A stretch of DNA of 43,517 bases from a bacterium. GTDB taxonomy: Bacteria; Bdellovibrionota_B; Oligoflexia; Oligoflexales; RGVZ01. The notes beneath the pieces were generated by a model. It was not told where the DNA came from. It searched no databases and worked only from the letters and a program-made list of their open reading frames with translations. Shown here in pieces: positions 8,967 to 18,843 of this stretch; position 1 is the first letter of the stretch, and every line of letters starts with the position of its first letter. The position numbers and the translations under genes are program-made. The DNA lies in the NCBI GenBank assembly GCA_037134655.1, contig JBAXLR010000004.1:1-43517 (forward strand). Reading direction: 5' to 3'.

Positions 8967-9584
8967 TTAGCGCCTTGTTGTCCATGCTTGGGTTAGTCGC
9001 TCTAAGTGTTTGGCAACAATATCCGTTTCAATATTTACGACGTCTTGTTCTTGGCATTGGGACAGCCGGGTCGTCTGCCATGTGACTGGAATTATCATAA
9101 ATGAAAGTACGCATCCGTCATTTTGGTCGGCAACATTGTTGATTGTCAGGCTGATACCATCGATGGCGATGGAGCCCTTTGCGACAACATACTTGGCGAA
9201 TTCGACGGGGATTTTGATCTGAAGCTCATGAAAACCCAGCTGCGGCTTTATGAGTATGATCTCGCCGCGTGTATCGACGTGACCAGTTACAATGTGGCCA
9301 CCTAAACGGTCACTGGCGCGCATGGCACGCTCTAGATTCACCAATCGACCAGGCTTTATTGAGGATAACGAGGTCTTATTGAGCGTCTCCGGGCTGACGT
9401 GGAACGTGAGTGGTCCAATCCCATCGTCACCAATTTCAGATAAACAGACGCCGTTGACAGCGATGCTATCGCCGTGATCCCGATGGAAATCTATCCCGGG
9501 GTCAACGATGAGAGTGCAGACGCTAGAGTTCATGTGCGATATTGACGCGACTACTCCAGTTCTCTCAACAATTCCAGTAAACAT
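8967..9584 (-). CDS. ribE: Riboflavin synthase (alpha chain)
   Basis: MFTGIVE N-terminus, SIAVNGVCL, VNLERA, GGHIVTGHVD, KGSIAIDGISLT. Confidence 0.97.
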   Translation of the reverse strand: MFTGIVERTGVVASISHMNSSVCTLIVDPGIDFHRDHGDSIAVNGVCLSEIGDDGIGPLTFHVSPETLNKTSLSSIKPGRLVNLERAMRASDRLGGHIVTGHVDTRGEIILIKPQLGFHELQIKIPVEFAKYVVAKGSIAIDGISLTINNVADQNDGCVLSFMIIPVTWQTTRLSQCQEQDVVNIETDIVAKHLERLTQAWTTRR

Positions 9585-9589
9585 AGGGA

Positions 9590-10048
9590 TTACACGCCAG
9601 GCGTTTGAATAGCATTGAGCTCGCGCATGAATTGTTCGGTATCCTTGAAGTCCTTATAGACTGAAGCAAATCGAACATATGCAACTTTATCAAGCACGGT
9701 GAGAGCTTCCAAAACCATACCGCCCAGCTTCTCGCTTGCAACTACCCGCTCGCCCGCGTCTTGAATGTTACGCTCAATGCGGCCCAGCAAACTCTCAATT
9801 TGGTCGATAGTCACCGGACGTTTTTGGCAAGCCACTTGAATTGATCGCAGCGCCTTTTCACGATGGTAGGATTCTACCCTGCCATCACGTTTTTTTATTT
9901 GGAAAACAAATGCTTCTTCTTGCTCATAAGTCGTGAAGCGGTAATTACATTCCGGGCAGGATCGACGACGACGGACAGCGCGGCCTTCATAGGAAAGGCG
10001 GCTTTCCAAAACTCTCGTGTCTTCATGACCACAACCGGGGCAACGCAA
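9590..10048 (-). CDS. nrdR: Transcriptional repressor NrdR
   Basis: CPGC...RRRRSCPEC zinc ribbon, RFTTYE, ATP cone, VAYVRFASVY. TTG start. Confidence 0.97.
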   Translation of the reverse strand: MRCPGCGHEDTRVLESRLSYEGRAVRRRRSCPECNYRFTTYEQEEAFVFQIKKRDGRVESYHREKALRSIQVACQKRPVTIDQIESLLGRIERNIQDAGERVVASEKLGGMVLEALTVLDKVAYVRFASVYKDFKDTEQFMRELNAIQTPGV

Positions 10049-10073
10049 ATTTAACCTCTTTACCTTTTAACGT

Positions 10074-11342
10074 TTAAGCTAACCATTCAGGATATAATGG
10101 GAAACGTTCAGCCAGCGATAAAACGTCTCGGCGGATTCTATCTAGTTCTGTCGGATTGTCTATATTTTTAAGCACTCGGACAATCAATTCACCCAAAAGC
10201 TCCATCTCGGCTGTGCCCAAGCCCCTGCTGGTTACAGCTGGCGTTCCAATTCGCACACCACTCGTTACGAAAGGGCTACGCTTTTCTTGGGGAACCGTGT
10301 TTTTGTTTACTGTGATCTCGACCTTTCCGAGAGATTCTTCAAGCTGTTTACCTGTTATTTCGGTGCCAGAAAGGTCAAGCAGCATAAGGTGATTGTCAGT
10401 GCCGCCCGAAACCAGCTTGATGCCTTTTTTGGTGAGATGAGCAGCTAATGCCTTGGCGTTTGCGACGACAGCCTTTTGATAGGTTTTAAAGGATGGATCC
10501 AGAGCCTCTTTGAAGCAAACAGCTTTCGCTGCGATGACATGTTCCAACGGGCCGCCTTGGACGCCTGGAAAAACAGCTTTGTGGAGTTTCGGCGTTAACG
10601 ACTCATCGTTCCAAAGGATGATCCCACCCCTTGGACCGCGAAGTGTTTTATGGGTTGTTGAGGTTGTCACGTGCGCGTGGGGTATGGGACTTGGATGATC
10701 ACCGCTCGCTACCAACCCCGCGATATGCGCCATATCAACCAGCAGATAGGCGCCAACTTCGTCAGCAATTTCGCGAAACCGCTTAAAATCAATGACTCGT
10801 GGGTAGGCGCTGGCGCCTGCAATAATCATCTTGGGCTTAAGCTCTCTTGCACACTTTAAAACATGATCGTAATTGATTGTCTCGGTGACGGGGTCAAGGC
10901 CGTAAAAATGTGATTCATATAAAATACCGGAAAAGTTCACCTTACTGCCATGGGTCAGATGCCCACCGTGTGATAAGTCAAGCCCTAGGATCCGATCTCC
11001 AGCCGAAAGGAGCGCGAGAAAGACCGCAGCGTTTGCTTGGGCGCCTGAGTGCGGTTGAACGTTCGAGAATTTTGCGCCAAATAATTTACACGCGCGCTGA
11101 ATAGCCAAATCCTCGACTTTATCGACAATCTGGCAGCCGCCGTAATAGCGTTTACCAGGAAGACCTTCAGCATATTTATTGGCGAGGACGTTTCCCATCG
11201 TAGCGATAACAGCTCGAGACGCAAAATTTTCCGAGGCGATCAGCTCTAGTCCGTATTTTTGACGTAGTAACTCGCCCTGAATAAGATCAAACACTTCCTT
11301 GTCGCTGGTACTTAGGATGTCCCAAGGTCTATTGGCTTGCAT
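10074..11342 (-). CDS. glyA: Serine hydroxymethyltransferase
   Basis: [37 protein letters not shown] 11342 follows AGGAGG; the longer ORF start would overlap rpiB. Confidence 0.98.
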   Translation of the reverse strand: MQANRPWDILSTSDKEVFDLIQGELLRQKYGLELIASENFASRAVIATMGNVLANKYAEGLPGKRYYGGCQIVDKVEDLAIQRACKLFGAKFSNVQPHSGAQANAAVFLALLSAGDRILGLDLSHGGHLTHGSKVNFSGILYESHFYGLDPVTETINYDHVLKCARELKPKMIIAGASAYPRVIDFKRFREIADEVGAYLLVDMAHIAGLVASGDHPSPIPHAHVTTSTTHKTLRGPRGGIILWNDESLTPKLHKAVFPGVQGGPLEHVIAAKAVCFKEALDPSFKTYQKAVVANAKALAAHLTKKGIKLVSGGTDNHLMLLDLSGTEITGKQLEESLGKVEITVNKNTVPQEKRSPFVTSGVRIGTPAVTSRGLGTAEMELLGELIVRVLKNIDNPTELDRIRRDVLSLAERFPLYPEWLA

Positions 11343-11367
11343 GAGAACTATAACCTCCTGTTGGACT

Positions 11368-11844
11368 TTAGTTTCTTGGGTTGAGCGCGGAGACTCTGCG
11401 CTCGATTTCCCGGATTTTATCCAATCTGATTTGATGGCGTCGTCCGCCAAACGGTGTTTCAAGCCAGGTTTTGACTAGTTCAGTGGCACGCATGTGATTG
11501 ATCAAGCGCGCGCCTAAACAGAGAATGTTTGCATTGTTGTGTTCCTTGGCAAGTTTTGCAGAGAGCTCGTCCCATGCGACCGCAGCTCGCACTCCTGGGA
11601 ATTTGTTGGCTGCAATCTGCATTCCGATACCAGAGCCGCAAATCAAAATTCCACAATCGAGCTTGCCGGAAGCAACATCCGCTGCCACTGCGGCAGCGTA
11701 ATCGGGATAATCGACGGAGGTTTTACAGTCAGCCGCGACGCCATAATCCACAGCCTTGTGATCTGTCAGTTTGAGCATTTCAACAACGAGCTGCTTGAGC
11801 TCTTTGCCGGCGTGGTCAGCTCCAATGCCAATCGTAAGGGCCAT
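11368..11844 (-). CDS. rpiB: Ribose-5-phosphate isomerase B
   Basis: [44 protein letters not shown] Shine-Dalgarno. Confidence 0.96.
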   Translation of the reverse strand: MALTIGIGADHAGKELKQLVVEMLKLTDHKAVDYGVAADCKTSVDYPDYAAAVAADVASGKLDCGILICGSGIGMQIAANKFPGVRAAVAWDELSAKLAKEHNNANILCLGARLINHMRATELVKTWLETPFGGRRHQIRLDKIREIERRVSALNPRN

Positions 11845-11889
11845 GGTGGACCTCCTTGCAATGGTAGAGAAATGTAAGAAGAAACGTGT

Positions 11890-11927
11890 AAAGAAATCGG
11901 GGTCCTTTTCAGGACCCCGAGTTTTTT
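11890..11927 (-). terminator. Intrinsic terminator after acpP
   Basis: Minus strand TCGGGGTCCT-GAAA-AGGACCCCGA followed by TTTCTTT. Confidence 0.85.
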
Positions 11928-11936
11928 AGCAGACGA

Positions 11937-12182
11937 TTAAGCTTCACCAGCACGTTTTATAAATTGAACCGCGTCATCAACAGTTCGGATGTTCTCCGCC
12001 TCTTCATCGGGGATATCTACTCCGAAGGCTTCTTCCATAGCCATGACTAACTCAACAATGTCCAGCGAATCTGCACCCAGATCTTCGATGAACTTTGCTT
12101 TACCAACTACGGCGCTTTCCTCGACACCAAGTTGTTTTACGACCAATTGTTTTACACGATCTTCAAGAGACAGATTGCTCAT
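11937..12182 (-). CDS. acpP: Acyl carrier protein
   Basis: [20 protein letters not shown] phosphopantetheine motif. ATG 12182 follows GGAG. Confidence 0.98.
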   Translation of the reverse strand: MSNLSLEDRVKQLVVKQLGVEESAVVGKAKFIEDLGADSLDIVELVMAMEEAFGVDIPDEEAENIRTVDDAVQFIKRAGEA

Positions 12183-12304
12183 GTTTAACTCCACGATGAA
12201 CATTTTTTGGAATGTAAGTTTTAACCTATGGTCGTAATGGGTTGCAACCATTAAATGACCGCCGCCAGCGAGTTTGGATGGGTCTCTTTAACCTATCGTA
12301 TTTA

Positions 12305-13624
12305 TTAGAGTTTATAGGATGTTGCGAGGCTGAATGTTTGCATATCAATATCGATCTGTTGAAGGCTTAGGTCCCCTTGGATCATCTGTTTTTGGCCTTG
12401 TCCCCACTGACGTACCATGATGAACAAGTTTTCAGAGCGTCCATTGCGAAGTCCAACGCCAGCCGAGAATCCCATATAATTTATTTGAGCCGGAGCCGTA
12501 GTGTTCATCGCGGGTTGGGGCTTGCCCACCAGCGAACTGTTGGCGAACGCTCCACCGGAGATGAGTAGTGATTTAGCGCGAAGTTCGACGCCGAAACTCC
12601 AGTCGGTCACAGCGCGGGTGTCAAAACCTCCATTGTTGGTCCAAGGAGTTTTGGTTGGTGCATAGTGGACTGCATCTGCGGTCACCAATGCGTAGTCGAC
12701 GGGGGTCCAAGCTAAGCCAAGATTCCAGGTTCTAACTGTGAGTTCGTCTTCTCGATGGGTCAGCAACTGGTCGGTATTCAACTCCGGGCTTGTTCCGGTG
12801 TGAATGATAGAACTTGTCGCAAGAGTAGTTTGATCACTCAAGGCTCGGGGAATCCTAACGGAGACACCAACTGAGAGTTCAGAACCTTTCAGCAGCAATC
12901 CGGCCACGGTCAAAGTCCCTTCGTTTTTGGTGCTGAGGCGCGAAAATCCGTCGTAAAAAACACCTGATTGATAGGTCGACCTTTCTTTGACGTTCGTCTG
13001 CTTTTGACGGCGATAGTAAAATTCACTCAGTCCGAGTGACACGTGCTTGCCCATGTTTAAAGCGAAACTCACACCAGTGTGAATCAAACTCCCCGAGGTC
13101 AACTCCGTACGGTCATATTGGAATGTCGATGACGTGATGGATCTGTTGAAATGTGGAGCTGCCAGGCTGGTGGACTCTTGAGCAGCAATCGTTTGAGATT
13201 CGTCGGTGTTCTGTTGTTCCAGAGAAAAGTAACTCCAGCCAACAGCAAAAGGGCCAAGATTGGTATTGGCTCCGGCGAAACCTGGATAAATGGAAGCGGA
13301 GCTTTCCGTTAAATCTTGGGCGCTGACCACGTCGGAGATAGTCTTTTTTGCTGTTGAAAAGTTGTTAACCGTCGCACTGACGCCGGGTCCCTTCAAAAAT
13401 CCAAGCCCAGCCGGGTTATACCAACCAGCCGAGGCATCGTCGGCCACGGCGGTGAAAGCGCCGCCAAGGGCTTGGGCCCGTGATCCCGGCAGTATCATTC
13501 GCTTATTGGTGGATTCGCCGAAGCATGCTGTACTAACAAAGAAAAGCCAGAGTCCACCCAGAGCTCTCAGCGGTAGCTCTGGAGGTGCTAGGAAAATCCT
13601 TAAATTTAGGATACTTGTCCTCAT
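12305..13624 (-). CDS. FadL/TodX-like outer-membrane beta-barrel transporter
   Basis: GSRAQALGGAFTAVADDASAGWYNPAGL hatch motif, amphipathic strands and a C-terminal SYKL. Start is uncertain. Confidence 0.8.
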   Translation of the reverse strand: MRTSILNLRIFLAPPELPLRALGGLWLFFVSTACFGESTNKRMILPGSRAQALGGAFTAVADDASAGWYNPAGLGFLKGPGVSATVNNFSTAKKTISDVVSAQDLTESSASIYPGFAGANTNLGPFAVGWSYFSLEQQNTDESQTIAAQESTSLAAPHFNRSITSSTFQYDRTELTSGSLIHTGVSFALNMGKHVSLGLSEFYYRRQKQTNVKERSTYQSGVFYDGFSRLSTKNEGTLTVAGLLLKGSELSVGVSVRIPRALSDQTTLATSSIIHTGTSPELNTDQLLTHREDELTVRTWNLGLAWTPVDYALVTADAVHYAPTKTPWTNNGGFDTRAVTDWSFGVELRAKSLLISGGAFANSSLVGKPQPAMNTTAPAQINYMGFSAGVGLRNGRSENLFIMVRQWGQGQKQMIQGDLSLQQIDIDMQTFSLATSYKL

Positions 13625-13716
13625 ACCTGGTGGTTCGGCTGAACCTGTGTTTAAATTTAACCAAGACATTTGTGTTTTTAGCAAATGACGATTTTAATTC
13701 TGTCGATTACAGGTAG

Positions 13717-14520
13717 TTGGCGGATATTTTCAAAGTGAGGCATAGCATCAGCTTGCGGTCTTTTAAGTTGCCATCGAAACCAGCCCTCGTGGTTGCCAGT
13801 GATGTTCACATTCGCGATGCAAACGATACTCGCTACGAATTGTTATGCCAGTTGATTGAAGAGGCCATGCAGGCGCGGGCTCAAGCCCTCGTGTTAAATG
13901 GCGACATATTCGAATTCTTTTTTGGCTGGCGCTCCTATTTCAAGAATAAATATTCAAGGCTGCTCAGCCTGCTTGACCAGTTGGCTGCCACAGGTGCCCA
14001 AGTTTGGTTTGTTGAGGGAAATCATGAGTATGGTCTCGACGGATTAGTTCGTCATTTTCGCTTTAAGATTGTTCCTAGTGATGGTGGGATCTTCATCGCC
14101 CCCGATGGGAAAAGAGTTCTGGTGGCCCACGGTGATCTACTAAGTCCAGATTTTAGTTACAGAGTCTTTCGCCGTGTCATGCGTAGTCAGTTTGTTAATT
14201 GTCTCGCATTTCTTTTTCCACAGACGATTTTAGATCGACTTACGCTTTGGCTCGCAAAAACTTCACGCAGTAAAGACAAGTATCGAGTGCTTGAGCACGA
14301 TAAGATTCGCGCGATGGCAGCACATAAAATGCGTGAGCAGTGTGCAGACGTCATCATTTTTGGACATTTTCATCACCCTTATGATGATCAAATACAAAAT
14401 AGTGGTCACCTGCTCAGTGTGACCAGTTGGGATGAGCCGTCATGTATAGTCGTCGCGCAAAATGGCGAGATTCTGCGCATGCACCCACAGCCTTCAAATG
14501 TTGCGGCGAGCGAGGGCTAA
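13717..14520 (+). CDS. lpxH: UDP-2,3-diacylglucosamine hydrolase (calcineurin-like phosphoesterase)
   Basis: SDVH, NGDIFE, EGNHE, AHGD, FGHFH motifs with LpxH-like spacing and size. Confidence 0.8.
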   Translation: MADIFKVRHSISLRSFKLPSKPALVVASDVHIRDANDTRYELLCQLIEEAMQARAQALVLNGDIFEFFFGWRSYFKNKYSRLLSLLDQLAATGAQVWFVEGNHEYGLDGLVRHFRFKIVPSDGGIFIAPDGKRVLVAHGDLLSPDFSYRVFRRVMRSQFVNCLAFLFPQTILDRLTLWLAKTSRSKDKYRVLEHDKIRAMAAHKMREQCADVIIFGHFHHPYDDQIQNSGHLLSVTSWDEPSCIVVAQNGEILRMHPQPSNVAASEG

Positions 14521-16242
14521 AAGGCCTACGGAGCTAAGTGTGGCTTTTTTGTTAGTCTTGAGTGACCACGAGTTATCCTCAAAATCAAAAGCAGCACCAT
14601 ATTGCCAGCCCTGACTAGGTCTCTCGCCAACATACATTCCGACGCGGTAGGCCATAGTGGATCCCGAAATGACTTCGCGGAATACGCCTTTCACGCCGAA
14701 TTGGCCTGAGTAGTAAAGCGGATAAAAAACCTCACCAGTCCACTCGATCTTTTCACCGATAAAGTCAGGCTTTGCCCAGCCGTGAACACCCATCGTGAAT
14801 CGCATCATAGTCATGTCCCAACCGCCGCTGGTCTCGCCTGTGATACTGGCGCTGGAGAAAGATGCCAGTAGACCAAAGTAGACGTCATCCGCTCCAGGGA
14901 GCAAATCTTTCATAAACATGTGCCAACGGCCAGCGCTGTGAATGTTGTAGCTAAAAAAGCTGCCATCCCCAGTCGGTCCATAGCCAAAATCAACCCCGTA
15001 GTTGAAATCAATGGTGTCTGAAAAATCGCGATGAATATCCGCGGCAGCAGCGTTAACTAACCAAACCGGTAGTGTTGCTTTGGCGCTGGCCGAGCCAGCG
15101 ACGCTCCACATGCGCATCCCTGCCCAGGTCCGCATTTCGCTGCCTTTCGGCAGGATCCGCGCGGTAAAATTATCTGTAACTGGCCCCTCTGCCTGTGGTT
15201 TGACTGAAGGCTGCGCCTGATCTTCGCTTGGGGGTGTTGATGCAACTGGATTCGGCGCAGGCTGCGTGGCTGGAGGTGTTGCGGGTGCCTTTGCCGCCTC
15301 GGTCACGCTTGCAGTATTTGCCGCTGAATCTGTCTGGACTGGTTGTGTGGGCTTTGGCCCGGCCTGCTCAGGTACCGCAACTGAAGCAGGGGTCGAATCT
15401 TTTATAGATTCAGGAGGGTTAGGAGTTTTGCTGTCGGCAGCAAATCGTGAACGACCGGATATGTCTTGTATGCGAACACCCTGCCCGGACTTTATACTGT
15501 TGTCTTTTGCAAGAGAGGATATCTTGGCGATTGCGCTTCGCGACTTTACTTCGATAACTTCAATGGAACCAGTTCTTGAGGTGTTGAATTTCAACCAGCC
15601 GCCATTGACTGGATGCAGACTAGCAATAGTCGCATCAATGACGTCATACTTGTCCCCAACTTTAACGCCTTGATCGGTTCCGCCTGAAAGCGTGACATAT
15701 CCACCATTAAGGCTCGTGATGTGTGCGTCCACTGGTAAGCGATTTATCATGCGCAACACCAAGTCCGTCAAACGGCCTGTGATTTTCTCTTTACTGGCAT
15801 TCGCGAGGGAATTCTTCGGAAGAACATCGCTCTCCTGGAGACGCGTTTGCAACTTCGGAGAAAGTAGACGCGCTGTAAGGACGATCATGTCGCCACGTGA
15901 GGCAATATCGAGACTCAAAAACGCACTGAGCTCATGGTCACGTTCAAGTTCCTTTCGCCCGGTATCCGATGACCATAAAGAGCGAACCACATCATCATTG
16001 AGAAACACAAATCGCTTACTTGCCCGAACTGACGGAGAGAATTCGGAATCAATCATTTTGCGTGCATCGTTAAGCTCTCGCCAGGGACCGTTTTTCTCCC
16101 ATTGGACGGGAATTACGCCAGCGTAGTAGAGGGTAGGCAGCTCAGATTGAGAGCCTGCCGACGCGTCAGCGCCAAGGACTATGTTGTGGTGCGCCAGGAC
16201 AAAGATGGCGATGACAAAGATTTTAAATTTTTTCGACATCAT
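14494..16242 (-). CDS. Secreted/outer-membrane hypothetical protein: periplasmic FlgT/CsgG-like part, Pro/Ala linker, putative C-terminal beta-barrel
   Basis: Signal peptide [24 protein letters not shown]; VTLSGGTDQGVKVGDKYDV resembles FlgT C-terminal domains; PA-rich linker; alternating aromatic strands. Start overlaps the end of spoVR. Confidence 0.6.
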   Translation of the reverse strand: MMSKKFKIFVIAIFVLAHHNIVLGADASAGSQSELPTLYYAGVIPVQWEKNGPWRELNDARKMIDSEFSPSVRASKRFVFLNDDVVRSLWSSDTGRKELERDHELSAFLSLDIASRGDMIVLTARLLSPKLQTRLQESDVLPKNSLANASKEKITGRLTDLVLRMINRLPVDAHITSLNGGYVTLSGGTDQGVKVGDKYDVIDATIASLHPVNGGWLKFNTSRTGSIEVIEVKSRSAIAKISSLAKDNSIKSGQGVRIQDISGRSRFAADSKTPNPPESIKDSTPASVAVPEQAGPKPTQPVQTDSAANTASVTEAAKAPATPPATQPAPNPVASTPPSEDQAQPSVKPQAEGPVTDNFTARILPKGSEMRTWAGMRMWSVAGSASAKATLPVWLVNAAAADIHRDFSDTIDFNYGVDFGYGPTGDGSFFSYNIHSAGRWHMFMKDLLPGADDVYFGLLASFSSASITGETSGGWDMTMMRFTMGVHGWAKPDFIGEKIEWTGEVFYPLYYSGQFGVKGVFREVISGSTMAYRVGMYVGERPSQGWQYGAAFDFEDNSWSLKTNKKATLSSVGLLALARRNI

Positions 16243-17716
16243 GACTCTTCCCATCAAATGAAATTCTACGTTTTACGTCCTCGATTATAGTTTCCAAATA
16301 GACTGGTCTAGACCAGACTTTTTGTAAATTGCGCAGCGTTTCCATGCAATAGTCTTGCTTTAGGTCAATTCCGTTATGCTCGTGCAGGAGGAGGAGTTCT
16401 CCGCGATTTTTGAAGTTACCGTCAACGACAGTAATAATCGGTTGGCCAAAGTTGGTTAGCTGCTGCAATAGCTTTTGCTTGATCGGCTTAAATTCTCGCG
16501 AAGATATAACATGCTTTCCACTTCGCTTGTCATAATCATAGAGAAACAGACGATGAAGGTGGCAGAAATCCTCATCGAGGAATTCGTCGATAAATGTGAG
16601 GTCATTGTGGAATTTGCGGACTTCAAAGATTTTCTTTTTCCCCAACCCCGCTTGAGTATCCCATTCGGCGCGTTTTTTCGGGTCATCGCAGTTGACGTAG
16701 TCAAGGCCAAATTGCCCCCTGTTCCAACGATCTTCGATATGGCGGAACAGCTCAACTCCAATTTTATATGGATTTATTGAGCCAGGCGCTGCCGCGACGA
16801 CACCTGAGTAGTGATCGCAGTAGTCAACGATTTCGCTGCCATGCAGTGGACTCAAGCGTGTCATCATCATAGAGTGCCAGTAGGTTGCCCAGCCCTCGTT
16901 CATGATTTTAGTTTGACCCTGTGGCGCAAAGTAATAAGACTCGTCGCGGACGATCTCGAGGATTCGCTTTTGCCATGAAGCAATTGGGGCATGATTGATC
17001 AGAAACTTGAGAACGTCTCTTTCTGGCCGCTCCGGAAAATTCTTTGTTTTGCTTTGTTCTTTTTGCAATCGAGTCTTTTGAGCGTCGAGAAAATCTTTTG
17101 GATTAATGTAGGAATCTAAGTACCCCTTAGTTTCGATCTTCGGCACCTGAACGACTTCGTCATCTCCTAAATCAGTCTTGCCAACGTTAACCGGTGCAGC
17201 CCGGTATGGCGCAGTGATGTCGATCAAGTTTTCGATACTCAAACATGTATCAAGAAATGATTCGACCGGATCCGTTCCAATCTCATTGATGGCTCGTCTG
17301 ACGAAGGTAGCATGATTGGCCATCTGATCGAGCATTTTTCGGTTGGTTTTAGAGAAGTAATAATTATTTTTAAAGAAGTCGCAGTGCCCCAGCACGTGCG
17401 CGATGACTGTCTTCTGGAAGACCAAGCTGTTGGCGCGAAGTAGATAGGCATAGCAGGGGTTATTGTTGATCACCATCTCGTAGATGATGCTGAGTCCATA
17501 CTCGTAGCTTTTGGATAACTTATCGTACTCCATGCCGAATTTCCAGTGCGGGTATCGCGTTGGAAAGCCACCGTAGGCGGCAATTTCGGATAGCTGATTG
17601 TAGTCAACAAGTTCAAATATGGTTGGAAAAAAGTCCAGGCCCGCATTGCGTGCCACATCCTCTAGATTGGACACGGCATCGGCTAATTCTTTCGGCAATT
17701 GGGTATTGACGTACAT
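16223..17716 (-). CDS. spoVR: SpoVR/YcgB family protein
   Basis: [52 protein letters not shown]. Confidence 0.95.
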   Translation of the reverse strand: MYVNTQLPKELADAVSNLEDVARNAGLDFFPTIFELVDYNQLSEIAAYGGFPTRYPHWKFGMEYDKLSKSYEYGLSIIYEMVINNNPCYAYLLRANSLVFQKTVIAHVLGHCDFFKNNYYFSKTNRKMLDQMANHATFVRRAINEIGTDPVESFLDTCLSIENLIDITAPYRAAPVNVGKTDLGDDEVVQVPKIETKGYLDSYINPKDFLDAQKTRLQKEQSKTKNFPERPERDVLKFLINHAPIASWQKRILEIVRDESYYFAPQGQTKIMNEGWATYWHSMMMTRLSPLHGSEIVDYCDHYSGVVAAAPGSINPYKIGVELFRHIEDRWNRGQFGLDYVNCDDPKKRAEWDTQAGLGKKKIFEVRKFHNDLTFIDEFLDEDFCHLHRLFLYDYDKRSGKHVISSREFKPIKQKLLQQLTNFGQPIITVVDGNFKNRGELLLLHEHNGIDLKQDYCMETLRNLQKVWSRPVYLETIIEDVKRRISFDGKSHDVEKI

Positions 17717-17718
17717 AA

Positions 17719-18828
17719 CTATTTTCCCTTGCCCAAGAATATTTTTAAAGCATCCATAATTGAGTCGCGATCTTTAATTTGGGCCAGAGTCAGCTTTTCA
17801 GTTTTTTCGCCGAAATGCTTTTGCAGGTCTCTGAGAAATTGACCTGATCCGTACCTGCTTTCCACCTGTCCATAGCAGAATAGGTTTGCTTTTGACATGA
17901 TGTCAGTTTCAAGGAGCTTCATGCACTCGTTGGTATCATTTCCCGACCAGTTATCGCCATCCGAGAAATGAAAAAGATATATATTCCATTCATCCACGGG
18001 GTAAGCGTCATCCATTATTTTTAGCGCCAGCCTGTAGGCTGAGCTAATCAACGTTCCACCTGATTCGCGTGTTCTATAAAATGTATTCTGATCAACTTCC
18101 CGCGCCGTCGCGTCGTGAATTATGTATCGCCGATCGATGCCTGTGTATTGGCTTTGGAGCCATGTATCCAGCCAAAAGCTTGTAAGTCGGACAACTTCCT
18201 TTTGCTCATCACCCATTGAACCAGATACGTCCATCATGTAGATGATTACGGCGTTGGCAACGGGTTCGTTGTAGATTTTGAAGCTTCGATAGCGCTTGTC
18301 GTCTTTGATAGGGACAACAATTGGATTTTCAGGGTCGTATGTTCCAGAAGCGATTGTTCTTTTTAGTGCTTCTCGGTAGGTTTTTTTGAAATTTCGTAAG
18401 GACTCGGGACCTTGAGTTACGATCCCGGTGTACTTATAACGCTTGCTCTCGACATTTTTTTTGCCTTTATCTTGAATGTTTGGCAATTCAAGCTCTTCAC
18501 TGAGGAGCGAGGCCAGCTCCTCCAGAGAAACGTCCACTTCAAGGGAATGCTGACCTTCCCCATCTCCGGCTTCTCCTTGGCCTGGTTGTGGTTCCCCCTG
18601 GCCAACATCTTCGCCCACATCGCCTTTACCCTGGCCGACACCACCGTTTTCGTTGTTGCCGAACTGAAATCGCGGGAGATCAATCCTGGGGAGCGGGATG
18701 GTTACGACTTTTTTGCCCTGGCGCCCAATGAGCTCGCCATTAGCAATGAAGCGTCGCAGCTCCTGCTTGATTTTACCTCTCACAATTTTCCGGAATCGGT
18801 TTAAATCCGATTCCATATTGTTTGGCAT
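17719..18828 (-). CDS. DUF444 (YeaH/YhbH) vWA-like protein
   Basis: MDVSGSM MIDAS motif, [20 protein letters not shown]; lies between prkA and spoVR. Confidence 0.95.
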   Translation of the reverse strand: MPNNMESDLNRFRKIVRGKIKQELRRFIANGELIGRQGKKVVTIPLPRIDLPRFQFGNNENGGVGQGKGDVGEDVGQGEPQPGQGEAGDGEGQHSLEVDVSLEELASLLSEELELPNIQDKGKKNVESKRYKYTGIVTQGPESLRNFKKTYREALKRTIASGTYDPENPIVVPIKDDKRYRSFKIYNEPVANAVIIYMMDVSGSMGDEQKEVVRLTSFWLDTWLQSQYTGIDRRYIIHDATAREVDQNTFYRTRESGGTLISSAYRLALKIMDDAYPVDEWNIYLFHFSDGDNWSGNDTNECMKLLETDIMSKANLFCYGQVESRYGSGQFLRDLQKHFGEKTEKLTLAQIKDRDSIMDALKIFLGKGK

Positions 18829-18843
18829 AGGCCCGGCCTTTCG

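Noticed and set aside
11343-11462. N-terminal extensions of glyA (and similarly acpP, prkA, fmt, the motE-like gene and the 33450 ORF) in the ORF track
   Set aside because: Downstream start codons restore normal protein N-termini, usually with an SD, and avoid overlaps with upstream genes.
15190-15440. Low-complexity Pro/Ala-rich stretch as a DNA repeat
   Set aside because: It is a protein linker, with no nucleotide-level tandem repeat.
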